DNA of 64,000 bases from Chiloscyllium plagiosum (GCF_004010195.1 NC_057747.1:9445879-9509878); one strand, 5' to 3'. Numbered from the stretch's first letter, positions 11,915 through 25,235 are shown. Made by a program: numbers and translations. The notes: generated by a model not told the origin, from the letters alone.

Positions 11915-12165
11915 CATTTTTTATTCCTAATTCATGCAATGTGAGCGTTGCTTGTTTGGGTCAGCATTTATTGACCATCCTTAATTGTCCTTGAGATGAT
12001 GTTGAGCCACCTTTTTGCACCTCTGAGGTCTAAGGAAGGCTGGAAGGGGTTACTTGGGTGCACCCACAATGCTGTTATGGAGGGAGTTGCAGAATTTTGA
12101 GCCAGTGACTCTTATGGAACAGCAATATACTTCCAGAATGGTGAGTGGCTTGGAGGGGAACTTGC
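11915..12165 (-). mobile_element. Old LINE 3' end (same family as 39836-40590)
   Basis: gcatttattgaccatccttaattgtccttgag ... cacccacaatgctgttatggagggagttgcagaattttga is the reverse complement of the tail seen at 40430-40590 and 55300-55480. Confidence 0.5.
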
Positions 12166-12531
12166 CTCTGTTCCCATTCATGAAACTCTGTATGAGCAGA
12201 GGATATGGTGCTATCCTTATTGTGTTACTCATTTAGTAATTCATAGGTCTGAACTCAATTGGGATTCAGGTTACAAAATCTGGTGACTTAAAGCTGATGG
12301 CATTGATAGAAGTGCCTCTGTTATTGTTGGAATGATGTTAAAAATCCAAATGGCTTCCAAAGATGGGAAAGAAACCTTTGAGACTCATGAAATCTGGCCT
12401 GTACAACAAGTGTTACTCCAGAAATATACTCTACTTATAAAAATGTGTTCCAAAACATTGCATGTTGAGAATTAAGGAGTAAGTGCAGTAAAGTTGCATT
12501 TTTCTCCTTACTGCATATGCTGCTCTGAGTT

Positions 12532-12858
12532 CATAGAATCCCTGCAGTGTGGAAATAGGCTGTTCAGCCCATCGAATCCACATAGACCCTCCCATCCAGA
12601 ACCCACCCAATTCCTATAACCCTGCATTTCCCACGGCTAATCCACCTAAGCTACACATCCCCAGACACTATGGGCAATTTGGCATGGACTATCCAGCTAA
12701 CTTCTACATCTTGTGACAGGAAACCAGAGCACCTGGATAAAACCCACACAGACATGGGGGGGGGTATATATAAACTCCACAAAAAACAGTCGCCCGAGTG
12801 TTGAATTGCACCTTGGTCCCTAGTGCTGTGAGGCAGTAGTGCTAACCACTGAGCCACC
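12532..12858 (-). mobile_element. HE1-type SINE
   Basis: Typical head at right (gtggctcagtggttagcactactgcctcacagcac on minus), tail at left. Confidence 0.87.
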
Positions 12859-13535
12859 CTATCATTGCAACAATACAATTTCAACACTTGGTATTCACAA
12901 GGCACAGCCTACGTCAAACATATAGCCCAGGGGCAAAACATTTCAGATTGAATATTGCAGTAAGTACAATAGCATTCAAGGTTTTCCATATAGCCTGCTC
13001 CACTTGGAGATACCTCAAGACAATTTCAATAATCTTTAATGTGTACAATATATTTTGCACATCAGGCTCACAGCCCAACGTGCTCCAAACAGTTTTCAGT
13101 CTCAGTGTACATGGGTGAAAGCTGTTCGACAATAACCCTTCCACAGTGTGCCTCTGCATGAGCCATCCTAAGTTTTAATCCATCCTTACTGTTGAAGGAG
13201 CAACTGGACTTCACCTCGAGTGTGTCCAACAAAGGTGGCCCACAATTTTCTGATGGCAACCAGGAATCTGCTTTTGATTGATGCCTGCGTCCTAAGGATT
13301 GGTGAACAGTGGAAATACCCGTGCATGTCAGAGCCAATATGTTGTTGAATTTTGGTGTCCAAGGACATGGCTTAGACAATAGGTCAGGATTCATGGTCCT
13401 AATTATCTTGTGATGGCTGACACTGGAATGTACGTGAGCATGAATGTCAGCTGGGAACAACAACAACAATTTCCATTAATTATAGCACCTTTAACACAGA
13501 ACAATGTCCCACAGCATTTCACAGAGCTGACAAGA

Positions 13536-13752
13536 AAGAGTCACAGAGTTATAATCATAGAGATGTACCACTCGGAAACAAACCCTCCGGTCCAACTCTT
13601 CCATGCGGACCAGATATCCTAAATTAATCTAGCCCCATTTGCCAGCGTTTTGGGACTAGATTAATTTAGGATATCTGGTTGGCATGGATGAGTTGAACCA
13701 AAGGGTTTGTTTCCATGCTGTACATCTCTACGATTATGACTCTATGACTCTT
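13536..13752. mobile_element. Fold-back (head-to-head) pair of HER1 LINE 3' ends
   Basis: 13536-13648 is the reverse complement of 13652-13752; tails point outward. Confidence 0.8.
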
Positions 13753-14155
13753 CGAGACTGGATAGGCTATCGCTGTTTTCCTTCAAGAACAGAGGCTGAG
13801 TGGAGGTTGCTGGCTCTGAGTGAGGTATATAAAACTCTGAGGGGCATAGGCAGGGTATATAGGGACTAAAGGCCAATAAACAAGGAGGCACAGTTTTAAG
13901 GTAAGGAGCAGGAAGAATGAAGGAAATTTGAGAATATGTTTTCATCCAGAGGGTTGGAATTCACTGCCTGAAAGAGTGGGAGAAGCGGGAAAGACGTTTG
14001 AGAATTATTTAGCCAAATAGTTGAAATGCCACAGCATACAAGGCTACATATGGACCAAGTGCTGGGAAATGGGATTAGAAAAGGCAAATGTTTGATGACT
14101 GGTGCGGACCTGATGGGCCGAAGGGCCTCTTTCCGTGCTGGAAAATCTATGAGTC
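13753..14155 (+). mobile_element. Older CR1 LINE 3' fragment
   Basis: gaggtatataaaactctgaggggcatag (EVYKTLRGI), ggaattcactgcctgaaagagtgg and CR1-type UTR. Confidence 0.65.
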
Positions 14156-14816
14156 TGGATGGACAGCAAGCCAAAGAATTAGAAATAAGGATGAATGGTT
14201 TATCTTTGGCCAATGAGTTTTGTGGATGCTCCTTCAGCAGGAGGAGATGGGATTGGATTACAAAAGGAAAGGAACAATTAATCAGGTTTCTGTGTTGATT
14301 TTTCAAAAAAATTCATTTACAGGATGAGGACGTTGCTGGCTAGGCCAGCATTTATTGCCTATTTCTAATTACCCAGAGCGCAGTTAAGAATCAACCACAT
14401 TGCTGTGGGTCTGGAGTCACATACAGGCCAGACCAGGTAAGGATGGCAGTTTCCTTCCTTGAAGGGCATTGGTGAACCAGATAGGTTTAGAACATAAGAA
14501 CTAGGAGCAGGAGTAGGTCTTCAGGCCTGGTCCACCATTCCATAAGACCATGATTGATCTTTTAATGGCCTCAGCTCCACTTACCCACACTCTCACAGTA
14601 AGCCTTAATTTCTTTATTGTTCAAATATTTCCAACAATCAACTCTTAATTCCAGGTTGTTTTTTAAAAAATTGATCCAATGTGGTTTGATTCAAACCTGA
14701 GCCCCAACTCTGGATTAGCAGTCCTGTGATAATACCACTAGGTCATCGCCTGTCCTTGAATAGTTGTAGTAACGCGGTCAGCAAAGAAAGGGAATTTTAG
14801 AGGTGACACTAGTCCA

Positions 14817-14912
14817 GTTCTGATGAAGGGTTACTGGACCCGAAACACTGACTCTGCTTTCTCTCCGCAAATCCAGCCAGACCTGCTGAGTTTTTCCAGC
14901 ATTTTCTGATTT
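14817..14912 (+). mobile_element. Penelope-derived mini-element (variant B) with hammerhead core
   Basis: ctgatga-a-gggtt(actg)gaccc-gaaa at 14820; cleavage triplet mutated. Confidence 0.7.
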
Positions 14913-15339
14913 GGATCCTCCTGAAAGTCTGACAGCTACAGTAGAGAAGTGTAAAGTGAAGTCATTGCTGAAGGTGCCATGCGTACAATCAGATTGGAGA
15001 TGAAACCGTTGAAGTGTTGTGCCAATGATGTGGATCAGGGTTTGGTAGAGGAAGATGTAGTTGACTGTGGTAAAGACTTGAGGAAGATGACGCAAGGATA
15101 ACACTCCCCATGGTCACAGGGAATACTGTCAATTGGTTTGAGCCAGGGACTATGATGGGGAGCGCAAAAGTCTGATTGAAGAGATTTGAACAGGGGAGAT
15201 AGCATGAATTGTTAACCAGCAGCATGAAGTGTTTTGGAGGGTGGGGGTGCATAGTTTCCAAGGCCAGAGGGTTTTTTTGTGGTTTAGCGAGTGGGGACCA
15301 TTTTGAAGACAAGGAAACAATTTATAATGTCAGTTAGCA

Positions 15340-15620
15340 TGGAGGTCAGGAAAGGAGGCTGCCTGACCTGCAGTTTAATTGGAATAAATGAAGGGCACAG
15401 GTCATGAATCGCGTGGATGAAATAAACTTGGAGAATGGATGGGAAAGGAGTGGGAAAGGTGATAAAGAGATTGGGGAGAGAAAGAGAGAGGGATGGAGAA
15501 AAAGAGAGAGAGAGAAGGGATTCAATGTTTGGGTAAGGGGTAAATCTGGAGGGAGAGTTGTCCTGTTGAGCAAGGGGAAGGGAAGGAGGCAGCAAAGGAA
15601 GCCAGGAGCAGAGGCAAACC
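15340..15620. repeat. Purine-rich (GA) low-complexity tract
   Basis: Mostly G/A on the + strand, with gagagaga runs. Confidence 0.6.
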
Positions 15621-15766
15621 CAATTGCAATTTTCAGCATGGATTAATGGCCTGAATTAGTTCATATTTAAGGTTTGAAGTCTGTGTACATGTGTTTAACA
15701 TGAAGGAACACCATCAAGATTCAAGTTCTCAAGAAGCATGCTCAGAATTGTATAATGTTGGTAAGA

Positions 15767-15953
15767 GTCAAGATGAGAGTGGTGCTGGAAAAACACAACA
15801 GGTCAGGCAGCATCCGAGGAAATCCTGATGAAGGGTTTTTGCCCAAAACACTGATTTTCCCGCTTCTTGGATGCTGCCTGACCTGCTGTGTTTTTCCAGC
15901 ACCACTCTAATCTTGACTCTAATCTCCAGCATCTGCAGTACCCACTTCCACCC
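15767..15953 (+). mobile_element. Fold-back Penelope-derived mini-element with hammerhead core
   Basis: 13-bp TSD aatgttggtaaga (15754-15766, 15954-15966); inverted arms; ctgatgaagggtttttgcccaaaa at 15825. Confidence 0.85.
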
Positions 15954-16164
15954 AATGTTGGTAAGACTTTGGCTAGCACAGACTTAGAAAATGACTTCTA
16001 GCCTTGTCCACGGTGACTTTGAAGGACATTGTCAGCATACAGCTAATATCGAGAGCTGCTCTCTGACAGTCATTTTATGTTTCGTTTTTAAATCAGTCAT
16101 CACTCCACAGACAGGGTATTAAGGATCGAGCATGCAAAATTAAACCTAATCATGTCTTGTTGTA

Positions 16165-16445
16165 GATTAGATTACTTACAGTGTGGAAACAGGCCCTTCG
16201 GCCCAACAAGTCCACACCCACCCTCAACTCAACTCACTACCCTAGGTTTCCCCCTTCACCTAACACTATGGGCAATTTAGCACAGCCAATTTACCTAAGC
16301 CTACACATTTTTTGGCCTGTGGGAGGAAACCCACGCACACACAGGGAGAATGTGCAAATGCCACACAGGCAGTCGCCTGAGGTGGGAATTGAACCCAGGT
16401 CTCTGGCGCTGTGAGGCAGCAGTGCTAACCACTGTGCCACCATGT
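16165..16445 (-). mobile_element. HE1-type SINE
   Basis: Full head to tail, attag repeat tail at left. Confidence 0.87.
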
Positions 16446-16664
16446 CACCGACTGTTTTGCAGGCAATGTGCTGGAATGCACCAAGCTGAACAAGTGTTTT
16501 AAAATCTATCCGCAGCAGTACCTGGGCAACTGGACACAACATTAGCTGCTGCACAGTATGAATGTTTAGGTGCATATGGAATGGACACATTATCATTCAG
16601 CTGTATATACACTAAAGTTGGAATGATACAGAGGAGATTAGCATAGGCTGTGCCAGGCTGGCAT

Positions 16665-16770
16665 GCAATCTTGTGGTGCAGTGGTAGTGTGCCCACCACT
16701 AGATTGGGGTTGCCCAGGTTCAAGTCCCACTCTTGCTCTGGAGATGTGTCGCAACATCTCTGAACAAATT
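16665..16770 (+). mobile_element. Short tRNA-headed SINE fragment (second family)
   Basis: tggtgcagtggtagtg A-box, ggttcaagtccc B-box; related pieces at about 18250-18350, 29425-29540, 36580-36680 (-) and 48370-48460 (-). Confidence 0.55.
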
Positions 16771-17804
16771 GATGTAGGGAAAAAGTAGTTCTGATTAGTT
16801 TAGTCAGGGCACCGTAAGTTAATAAAATTGAAAGTGTCAAAAATTGGAGCAATTGTTTTTGCCAGGGAGGGATGTTAAGTTTTACTGAGACAATATGGTG
16901 AAGATGGAGTTAAGATACAGATCAGTCATGACAGGTAATAAGCAACATTAAGACAAAACCTGATGTTGCCTGTATTATTGATGTCTGTGGGACCCTTGCT
17001 GCTCACAAGTTATGGAGCGACAGAACAGGCAACAGGGTCAGAGGACTCAATGTCCTGCCTCCTGACTTGTGGTGTATTCTATTTGTTGTTTTTGTTTATT
17101 AACTTTTTAAGCAAACATTTTGGTTTAAGGAACATTTATGCCCAAAGATTAACATCCCAGTGAAAGTCAGCAGGCCTGAAACCTAAAGAGCAGGGGTCCC
17201 TAATTTACAAATGCTCAAATTGTATTTACGAATGCAATCTCACACAGGATGAAATTTTAAAGACCTGATGTATGAATATTTCCTGTATTTATGAGCAGCT
17301 GCTTTACATGGTGTTTTGATGAGTGTCCAAATTGATGTGCGAATGGACTTCGGAATAAAATTCGCAATCCAGGGTCTGCCTATAAGTGCAGCAACACAAC
17401 CCCACTGTCTGAGGGATTCAGTATTACTGCAGTGCAAATGCATCCTTGCAATGACTCTGGAATCTGCCTTCCACCTGTTCCATTTGTCTTCATGGAATTG
17501 GAGGTGCCAGTGTGGTGACACAGTGCAGCATAAACATCTCTGCTAGTTGGTGGTTTGTTATCACTCTAAAAGCTTGGGCGCCTGAACACAGTAACGTGTG
17601 GAATCATGGCACAATGTTGAGGCCTTTAGGTAGAATTTAAGAGGTATGCTTGAGGGGTTTTGGAACAATAGCAAATTGCCGTGCACATATATTGTGAATG
17701 TATAAACTTGGCAAGTGCTGAAGTCATAAATTGTGCATGTTTTATAACCAATTAGGTATTCTTGAAAAGAAATGTAGAAAACAGGAGGTCTTAAATTTCC
17801 TAGA

Positions 17805-18003
17805 GTGTGGAAATAGGCCATTCAGCCCATATTGATCCTCTAAAGAGCATCCCACCCAAAGCACTTAACTGGCACATCTTTGGACTGTGGGAGGAAATCC
17901 ACAAAGACACGGGGAGAATGTGCAAACTCCACACAGACAGTCACCCAAGGCTGGAATCAAACCCAGGTCCCATGAGGCAGCAGTGCTAACCGCTGAGCCA
18001 CCC
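17805..18003 (-). mobile_element. HE1-type SINE, internally deleted
   Basis: gtgcaaactccacacagacagtcacccaaggctggaatc...gaggcagcagtgctaacc. Confidence 0.82.
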
Positions 18004-18017
18004 TGTTCTACCTGTTG

Positions 18018-18240
18018 ACCAGACCAGGTAAAGTAGGTTGATCTCCTTTCCTAAAGGACATTAGTAAAGCAGATTGACAATTGACAGATAATTCATGGTC
18101 ATCATTAGAGTCTTAACCCAGATTTTTTAAAAATTGAACTCAAATTCCACCATCTGCTGTAATGGGTTTTGAACTCAAGTCCTCAGAGCATTACCTGGGT
18201 CTCTGGATTACTAACCCACTGATAATACCATTAGGTCGTC
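18018..18240 (-). mobile_element. Old tRNA-headed SINE (third family)
   Basis: caaattccaccatctgc..tttgaac..ctctggattacta..ataataccat, also seen at about 14640-14750 and 33725-33995. Confidence 0.5.
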
Positions 18241-18805
18241 ACACCCCCTTCTTATACACTGAGGAGCATCCCTGCCTCTGAGCCAGAAACTTCAGGATCA
18301 AGTCCCATTCCAGGCCTTGATGAACAATGAAGATGTATTCATAACATGTCAGACACGCCAACTTGTAAGTGTGGCAATACATGCCTAATAGAGAGGGAGA
18401 GATTCCTGGCCAGGCACACGATGGAGAGGAGTTGGAGTCTCTACCATCATTATCCATAGCTCCGACTACAGCATCTGTGTAAAAGTTCCCACACCAAATA
18501 TGACTCTTTGGCGTTTAGTTAGCTCAGATGGCTGGATGGTTGATGCAGATTAGATTGATGATGGGATTTGATCCCTGTTCCTATTGGAGTAGATTTGGGA
18601 CTGACCCTTTCCCTACCCAGGGGGGACATTGTGGCATCATGCGTTGGACCCAACATCAGGCAGAGAACTAAAGAAGAAGAATGTAGGGATGTAAAAGTCA
18701 ATTTGTATGCACAAGTTCCCATGTACATCAGAGATATAGACAACACCAGGTAATATGTTTTCTTGTAATGTTGTTTGTTGTAGGGAAAATATTAGCCAGC
18801 ACTTG

Positions 18806-19100
18806 GGGCGGCAGCACGGTGGCTCAGTGGTTAGTACTCTGCCTCACAACACCAGGGACCCTGGTTCAATTCCACGCTCAGGTGACTTTCTGTGTGGAGT
18901 TTGCACATTCTCCCCATGTCTGTGTGGGTTTCCTCGTGCAGGTTATGTGGATTGGCCATGTTAAATTGCCCATAGTGTCTAGGGATGTGTAGATTAGCCA
19001 TGGAGAGGGTAGGGAGTGGATCAGAGATGAGATGCTTGTTAGAGGTATGGTTTGGATTCGCTGGGCTGGATGGTCTGCTTCCACCTCGAAGAGATTCTAT
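18806..19100 (+). mobile_element. HE1-type SINE
   Basis: gggcggcagcacggtggctcagtggttag head, typical body. Confidence 0.85.
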
Positions 19101-20250
19101 ACTTCAGTGAAGAGCTCCATCAAATGGAGTCATTAGTTCTTCCATGCCCAGACAGGGCCATTACTTAACACCTTCTCCACACCATAGCACCTTTAATGGA
19201 ACCATATTCCTGTGAAGTAGCTGCCTGGTTTAGATACTCAAGTTTCTAGAATGATATTTGAAACTATCACCTTTCGACTCAAATATAAGTGTGCTGAACC
19301 ACAGCTGATGCTAAATCAGGTCAACATTTCATGGCATTACTCCATTCGTCAGGGCTGTCACTTTTACTCAGGATTTACCCTTCTGAATTGTTTGCCACCT
19401 CGATTACGAGAGTGCACAGAGAAATTCCAGACAAATATGTCAAAGCTCTTATTAAATTGCCAGCTGTAATTTCCAGCCTATTTGTTCCATCCAACTCAGT
19501 GCAAGGCTCGCCCATTTTTCTAAATGTCAGGTAAGGTTCACCTTCTAACCAACGCACTGCATAATCTGAGCAGACACGCTTAGGTTTCCGAGAATTAATG
19601 ATTTGCTCCATCTGGAAGCTGTCTGCGTTCCAAACCTAAAGTCATGTTTGCCATGTTTTGATCCAGATTAAACTAATTTTCATCAGGCCAGTGGATGGCG
19701 TTAATCAATCTGGGGTGAATGTCAGATTACAATATCTGCAGAGCAGAACCTGGAATGCATACATGACACTGCCAATTTTCCAGGCCCAATCAAATATTGC
19801 AATCAAGAACAAATCTGGTAGTCTAAACACTTGACAGAAAGTTTTAACTGAACTCAGCTGACAGGAAATGGATGGAATTAGGAGCAACACTAGCTTTACA
19901 TCCTGTCTGATTTTGTTCTCAATGAAATCAACAAAGAACTTCATTGGGTGACATGCTCCACCAATTGCATGGATTTGTCACCAGGCACTTTGGGTTAAAA
20001 TGGGCCCAGTTGTTTCAATGTCCAATGTGGAACAATTGTGTGAAATCACTTCATGCGATATCTTGGCCAAGCCACTGGTCACCTACCTGCCCTTTAATTA
20101 CGGATCCAACAGAAACAAATAGGCTCAAATGGGATCCATGTGTTGCGCTTTTACGTTTTCAGCATTTATCCTCAACATTGGGAAACCTTGGTTTTTGGCA
20201 TGGTGCAGATGGAAAACAAAGCCTTTTGAATAACGTCCTTCTGCAGATGA

Positions 20251-20868
20251 TTTCTATGGACTAGACCAAAATACATGATGAAGAAAACCTTTTGTAATTT
20301 TAAAGGCATGTGCCAAGTGTTGCAAATTCTGGATGCGATTCTTTTGGTCAAACCACTAGCAAGACACACTTCATTCGTACACTATAGTTAAATACAACAA
20401 AAAGAAAGAAGAAATTGGAATGACTTCACTCTGTTGGAAAAGTTAGCAGAATAATAGATTATTTAACTACCAAATAGTAACCGTTCTAATACAGTAACAT
20501 CCCATACACATACTCTGGGCAAAAGGCAAATTCAGTAAAATGGATTGTCTGACATGCAGGTCTAGCAGCAGGAGGAATAAACATCAAGAGAAAACTCAGA
20601 GAGACCGAAGCAGGGAGAAATGTACTACAACTTCCAAACCCAGCTTTAAGACCTCAGAATGAAAACTAAAACTAAAAATCCAGGTTCTGTAGAAGCTTGA
20701 CCCCACTCATTCAGGCTTTAAAAGTCCAACTTTAAAAAAACCCCAAAACCTCACAAGCTGTTTACTTTATTGGATCCAAATAGACAGCTCAACACCTCTG
20801 TCTTAAAACCTATCTTCAAAAAAAGAACCAGGACAAAATACACCTCTTAAAGCCATAGTATTATCACA
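20251..20868 (-). mobile_element. Solo LTR-like element
   Basis: Right end reverse-complements to tgtgataatactatggctttaagaggtgtattttgtcctgg, matching the start of 61842-62468. Confidence 0.6.
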
Positions 20869-21139
20869 AGAGCTTCCTACTGGATCTTTAGCGGCCGTGT
20901 AAAAACTCTACACCCAATTTTAAGTCGTAACATCCTTGGAAGAATTACTTGGAGTGCAAGAGGAATGACATCCATAGCCTTTTCCTCATCCATAGCAGTG
21001 TGGACCAACATTTTGTTCAGAAGAATCTCTGTGGAGATTTTGTATCAATATATTGACTTCACAAAAGTGGGAGATCGTCCAATGGGACCATGAAACATTA
21101 GATCCAAATAGTTCTTTATTCAAGTAGTTTCCACAAAGT

Positions 21140-21572
21140 AGGTTGAATAGGCTAGGGCTGGTTTTCCTGGACAGTTGGAGGCTGAAGGGTGACCCTATAA
21201 AGGTTTATAAAATCATGAGGGGCATAGATAGGATAAATAGACAAAGTCTCTTCCCTGGGGTGGGGGAGTCCAGAACTAGAGGGCATAGGTTTAGGGTGAG
21301 AGGGGGAAGATATAAAAGAGATGTAAGGGGCAACGTTTTCACGCAGAGGGTGGTACATGTATGAAATGAGCTGCCAGAGGAAGTGGTAGAGACTAGTACA
21401 ATTGCAATAATTAAAAGGCATCTCGATGGGTATATGAATAGGAAGGGTATGGAGGGATATGGGCCGGGTGCTGGCAGGTGGGACTAGATTGGGTTGGGAT
21501 ATCTGGTCGGCATGAATGATTTGGACCGAAGGGTCTGTTTCCATGCTGTACATCTCTATAACTCTATGAGTC
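21140..21572 (+). mobile_element. HER1/CR1 LINE 3' fragment
   Basis: ORF 21143-21364 RLKGDPIKVYKIMRGIDRINRQSLFP..RTRGHRF; tail. Confidence 0.9.
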
Positions 21573-22206
21573 TAGTGAGGAGTGCTAGACTGGTTTCTCA
21601 TTTCCCCACTCCTCATTTAATTAGAACAGAGGTTTTGAACCTAAAAAGGATGTATTTGCCACTTCAGTGTGTGCTTGACCATGTGTGAATATATATAATG
21701 AATTGGACTGATTTTCTTGAATTATACAAATAAGGAATTATTTTATTGTTTTAAAACCCATACAGGTAAAAGCAGTAAAAATGCAAAACTGTATCATGCC
21801 TTCTGTAACTTCGGTGCAAATACAAACTCAAACCAAGCATGTAAAAATACAAATTACAGAGTAGAGGAGATTAATATATCACATCTGTGTTGTCATCAGA
21901 GCCATTGTATGTTATAGCCTTGGTGATTAATTTTATGTCAAAGCAAGCTAACATTATAATGGTTCATTCTTCCACGTTTGTATGTTGTGAATCTTCAGCA
22001 TTGGGAGGGTGAGAAGGAAGCTGTTTACATCTCCTCCAGGATTTACAGTCTCCGGTGGGGTCTTCATAAACCCTGCACCTCAATTCAATGGACTGGAATG
22101 TGAGTGCTATCATGGTGCAGATTAAAGCAGCCCTTTCTAGTTTCAGTCAATGCTCTTGTTCTGTTTAAATAACCATCTCTCATAAAAGAAAAGCCCAATA
22201 TCTACG

Positions 22207-22345
22207 ATAAAACAAAGAACTGTGTATACTGGCAGTCTGAAATAATAACATAAATTCTGGAGAAATTAGCAGGTTTGGCAGCATTAGCTTTCTCTCCACA
22301 CATGCTGCCAGACCTGCTGAGTTTCTCCAGCACTTTTTGTTTTTG
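22207..22345. mobile_element. Old fold-back mini-element (variant B), hammerhead core lost
   Basis: ctggagaaattagcaggtttggcagcat inverted against atgctgccagacctgctgagtttctccag. Confidence 0.6.
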
Positions 22346-24754
22346 AATTAAAAACTAATACCTGATATGATGTGTTTGTAACATGGCAAAAAGTAGAGTT
22401 TTCAAAAGGGGTATAGGGCTCCACAGTGTATATACAGGTCACAAAGAAATAAGTAGAAAAGATACTCAGAAAGCTTTTATGACAAGATTGCTAGAATGAT
22501 GAAGATAGAGTTTGGTTGCAGCTACTCAAGGTTCTGATTAGACCAAATATAGCATATTGTGTCTAGTTCTAGGCACTATACCTTAGAGTGGATACGTTTT
22601 ATCTGGAACAACTACAGCTCAGATTCACAAAGATGTTACCAGGATCCCAAAGGTTAAGAGGAGAGATCACACAACCTTGCATTTCCAGGAACATTATAGG
22701 TTAAGGGGTGATTTTAATTTTTTTTAAAGGTTTTTTGAGGCAATTGATGGGATGGATAGAGAGAATCTTAATCTGCTGATGGAGCAAATTATGTTAAAGG
22801 CTGTACCTTGAAGTCAGAGCCAGGCATTCAGGGAAGAATTTCAGAATCCCTCCTTCCCATAAAGGATGGTAAAAGAGCTGATTCTCTTCTCGAAAAAGCA
22901 GTAGCTGATAATATGACATTGATAAATGTTTTGCAACAATATGGTGCCAAGGCGGATGGAGAGAGAGGTGTGATCCCATGCCTGTCCTGTGTTGCTAAAG
23001 CTGGAGCTTCTCTGGTCTTTGCTGTTGTTAAGACAAATTTAAATGTTGTTATGAGGATGTTTACCTCAGCATTGTGGTCCATATTTATTCCTCAACCAAT
23101 TTCACTAAAACCGATTGACTGGTCAATGACATTGCAGTTTGCAAGATCTTGCCATGCATCAAGGACTCCCAATTGATGATGTTTCTTTCATTACAGCACG
23201 CACTTCAGCAGCACTTAAGTTACACTGAGACATCTGGAGGTCATGAAAGGTGCAATACAAATGCCAGTTATTTTACCTTGTGCGATTAACGCCAGCCTAT
23301 CAACATGGAAATCTAAGTTGGGTAAGTCTCTGCTCTTTGCAACTCTGTACATCGTCAATGGAGAACAGAGCTGTCCTGTTACCTATGTAACCCAGATGGA
23401 ATGAACTTTGATGTCTTTCCAAAGTATGTGGAGTGAATACGCAAGACCAGATTAGGCACAGGACCAGTATAAATGCTGCTTGTATAATGTTCTTAGACAC
23501 ACTGGCGTCCACTCCAATTATTTGAATCAGATAAATATTGCCATTTATATTTGGATCACCTGAACCGAATTTGAAATTCCAGCTACACCAGCCAGGTCGC
23601 AATACATCTTTCATATTCATTGTTGCAAGAGGCACATGAATGCAAGCAAATTCTTCCACGCTGTCTTTGATTTCATTTCTATTTCCATCCCGCGAAATAA
23701 ATTAAGAGAAATGTATTGCCTGGAGTGATAATCAACCAGCAGAGAGAAGACTTGTTATAGGGTCAACCTTCTTGCTTTCTGGAGGATTAATTGAAGTAAT
23801 TGGCTTCAGAAACTTCAGATGCTCAGAAGACAAAAAGTCAGCCATGGTACTTCCTTCGGTTTTGTAAGACCAGCTGGCTAAATGTTTATACGATAAAAGC
23901 AAAACACTGCGGATGCTGGAAATCTGGAATAAAACAGAAAATGCTGGAAAAACTCAGAAGGTCACAACCCTTCCTTGTGTATTTACATGATGTGGATACT
24001 AGCACACTCAGATGTAACTATGTTCAGTAGTCTGTTAAGACCTTTATTTTTGGCTGGACTTAAAAATAAAGAACTCAGAAAGCTGCTGGTGCCTACTGAA
24101 ATCCTTAAGTCACAGCTTTGCTCATGGAAAAATAAAGACACTGTTTGCCAACTTCACGTAAAATTTAAAAGCATTTTTACAAGCTTCGTAAATCTGTCAG
24201 TACTCAGGGAGGTACAAATGCTGAATTAACTAGAAATTAGCTTAACATTCAGACATGTGGTTTCTTCCAATGAGTTGCAGGTGACGGTGCTGTCTATATA
24301 AGTTATTGATTCCGTCCCAAATCCCTGCCTGATGTAGCTGGTAAGAAGCAGGACAATAGGAACTTTGTAACTGCCCCCGGTGACCATGAGCTAAGAAAGG
24401 GCCAGGAAAAGGGTCAAGGTTCATGTTTCTGTTCTCCATACAGCGATCCTTGAAATGCAAAGGTGTGCACAAGTGGGCTTTTTCTGTGATGTTCTAAATG
24501 GCGGGTTATTTTGTTGACATTCATCACAGACATAGGCAATAGCAACTTGAGAAAGGACAGAAACAGGGACGGAGTTCCTACCATTGAAAGAACAGCAGGA
24601 TTGAAAAGATATATTTGGTCAGGGGTTGATGATCTGGAATCATCTTGGGTGGGTACTTCTTAAGAGCTGAATAGCTATGTCCCTAATTTCACAAGGTCCA
24701 CTGGTCAATAACAGTTTATGGTCTTGCTGTGGATATATATGTTATGCCTAAGAT

Positions 24755-25235
24755 CATAAGAAATAGAAACAGGAGGAGGCAATTCAGCCCCTTGAACCTG
24801 CTGCCCCATTCAATCGGATCATGACAATGCTTACACCCACTTTCCCGCCCTTACCCTGTAACCCTTAATTCCCTTATTGATCAAAAATCTTTCTACATCA
24901 GCCTTAAACAAACACGAGTCGATAGATGTGAAGCTGGAAGAGCACTGTAAGTCAGACAGCGTCCGAGGGGCAGGAAAGTCAACATTTCGGACCGAAACCC
25001 TTTGTCAAGACTGACAAAGGATTTCAGCCTGAAACATTAACTTTCCTGTCCCTTGGATGCTGTCTGACTTACTGTGCTCTATGAGCTTCACATCTACTGG
25101 CTCTGACTTCCAGCATCTGTAGTCCTTACTGACTCCTTAAATGTAAGGAATCTGCCCCCACAGCTCTCTATGGCAAGGAGTTCTAAAGACTCTCAACCCT
25201 CTGTGAGAAGAAATTGTATTCCTGTGTGGTGTAAA
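24755..25235 (-). mobile_element. CR1 LINE 3' fragment interrupted by a mini-element
   Basis: cataagaaataga..ggaggcaattcagccc tail at left; ggagttc..ctctcaaccctctgtgagaagaaatt after the insertion. Confidence 0.65.
24917..25136 (+). mobile_element. Fold-back Penelope-derived mini-element
   Basis: Inverted ~90-bp arms meeting at tttgtcaag-a-ctgacaaagg (25001-25020), i.e. two opposed degenerate hammerhead cores. Confidence 0.8.
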
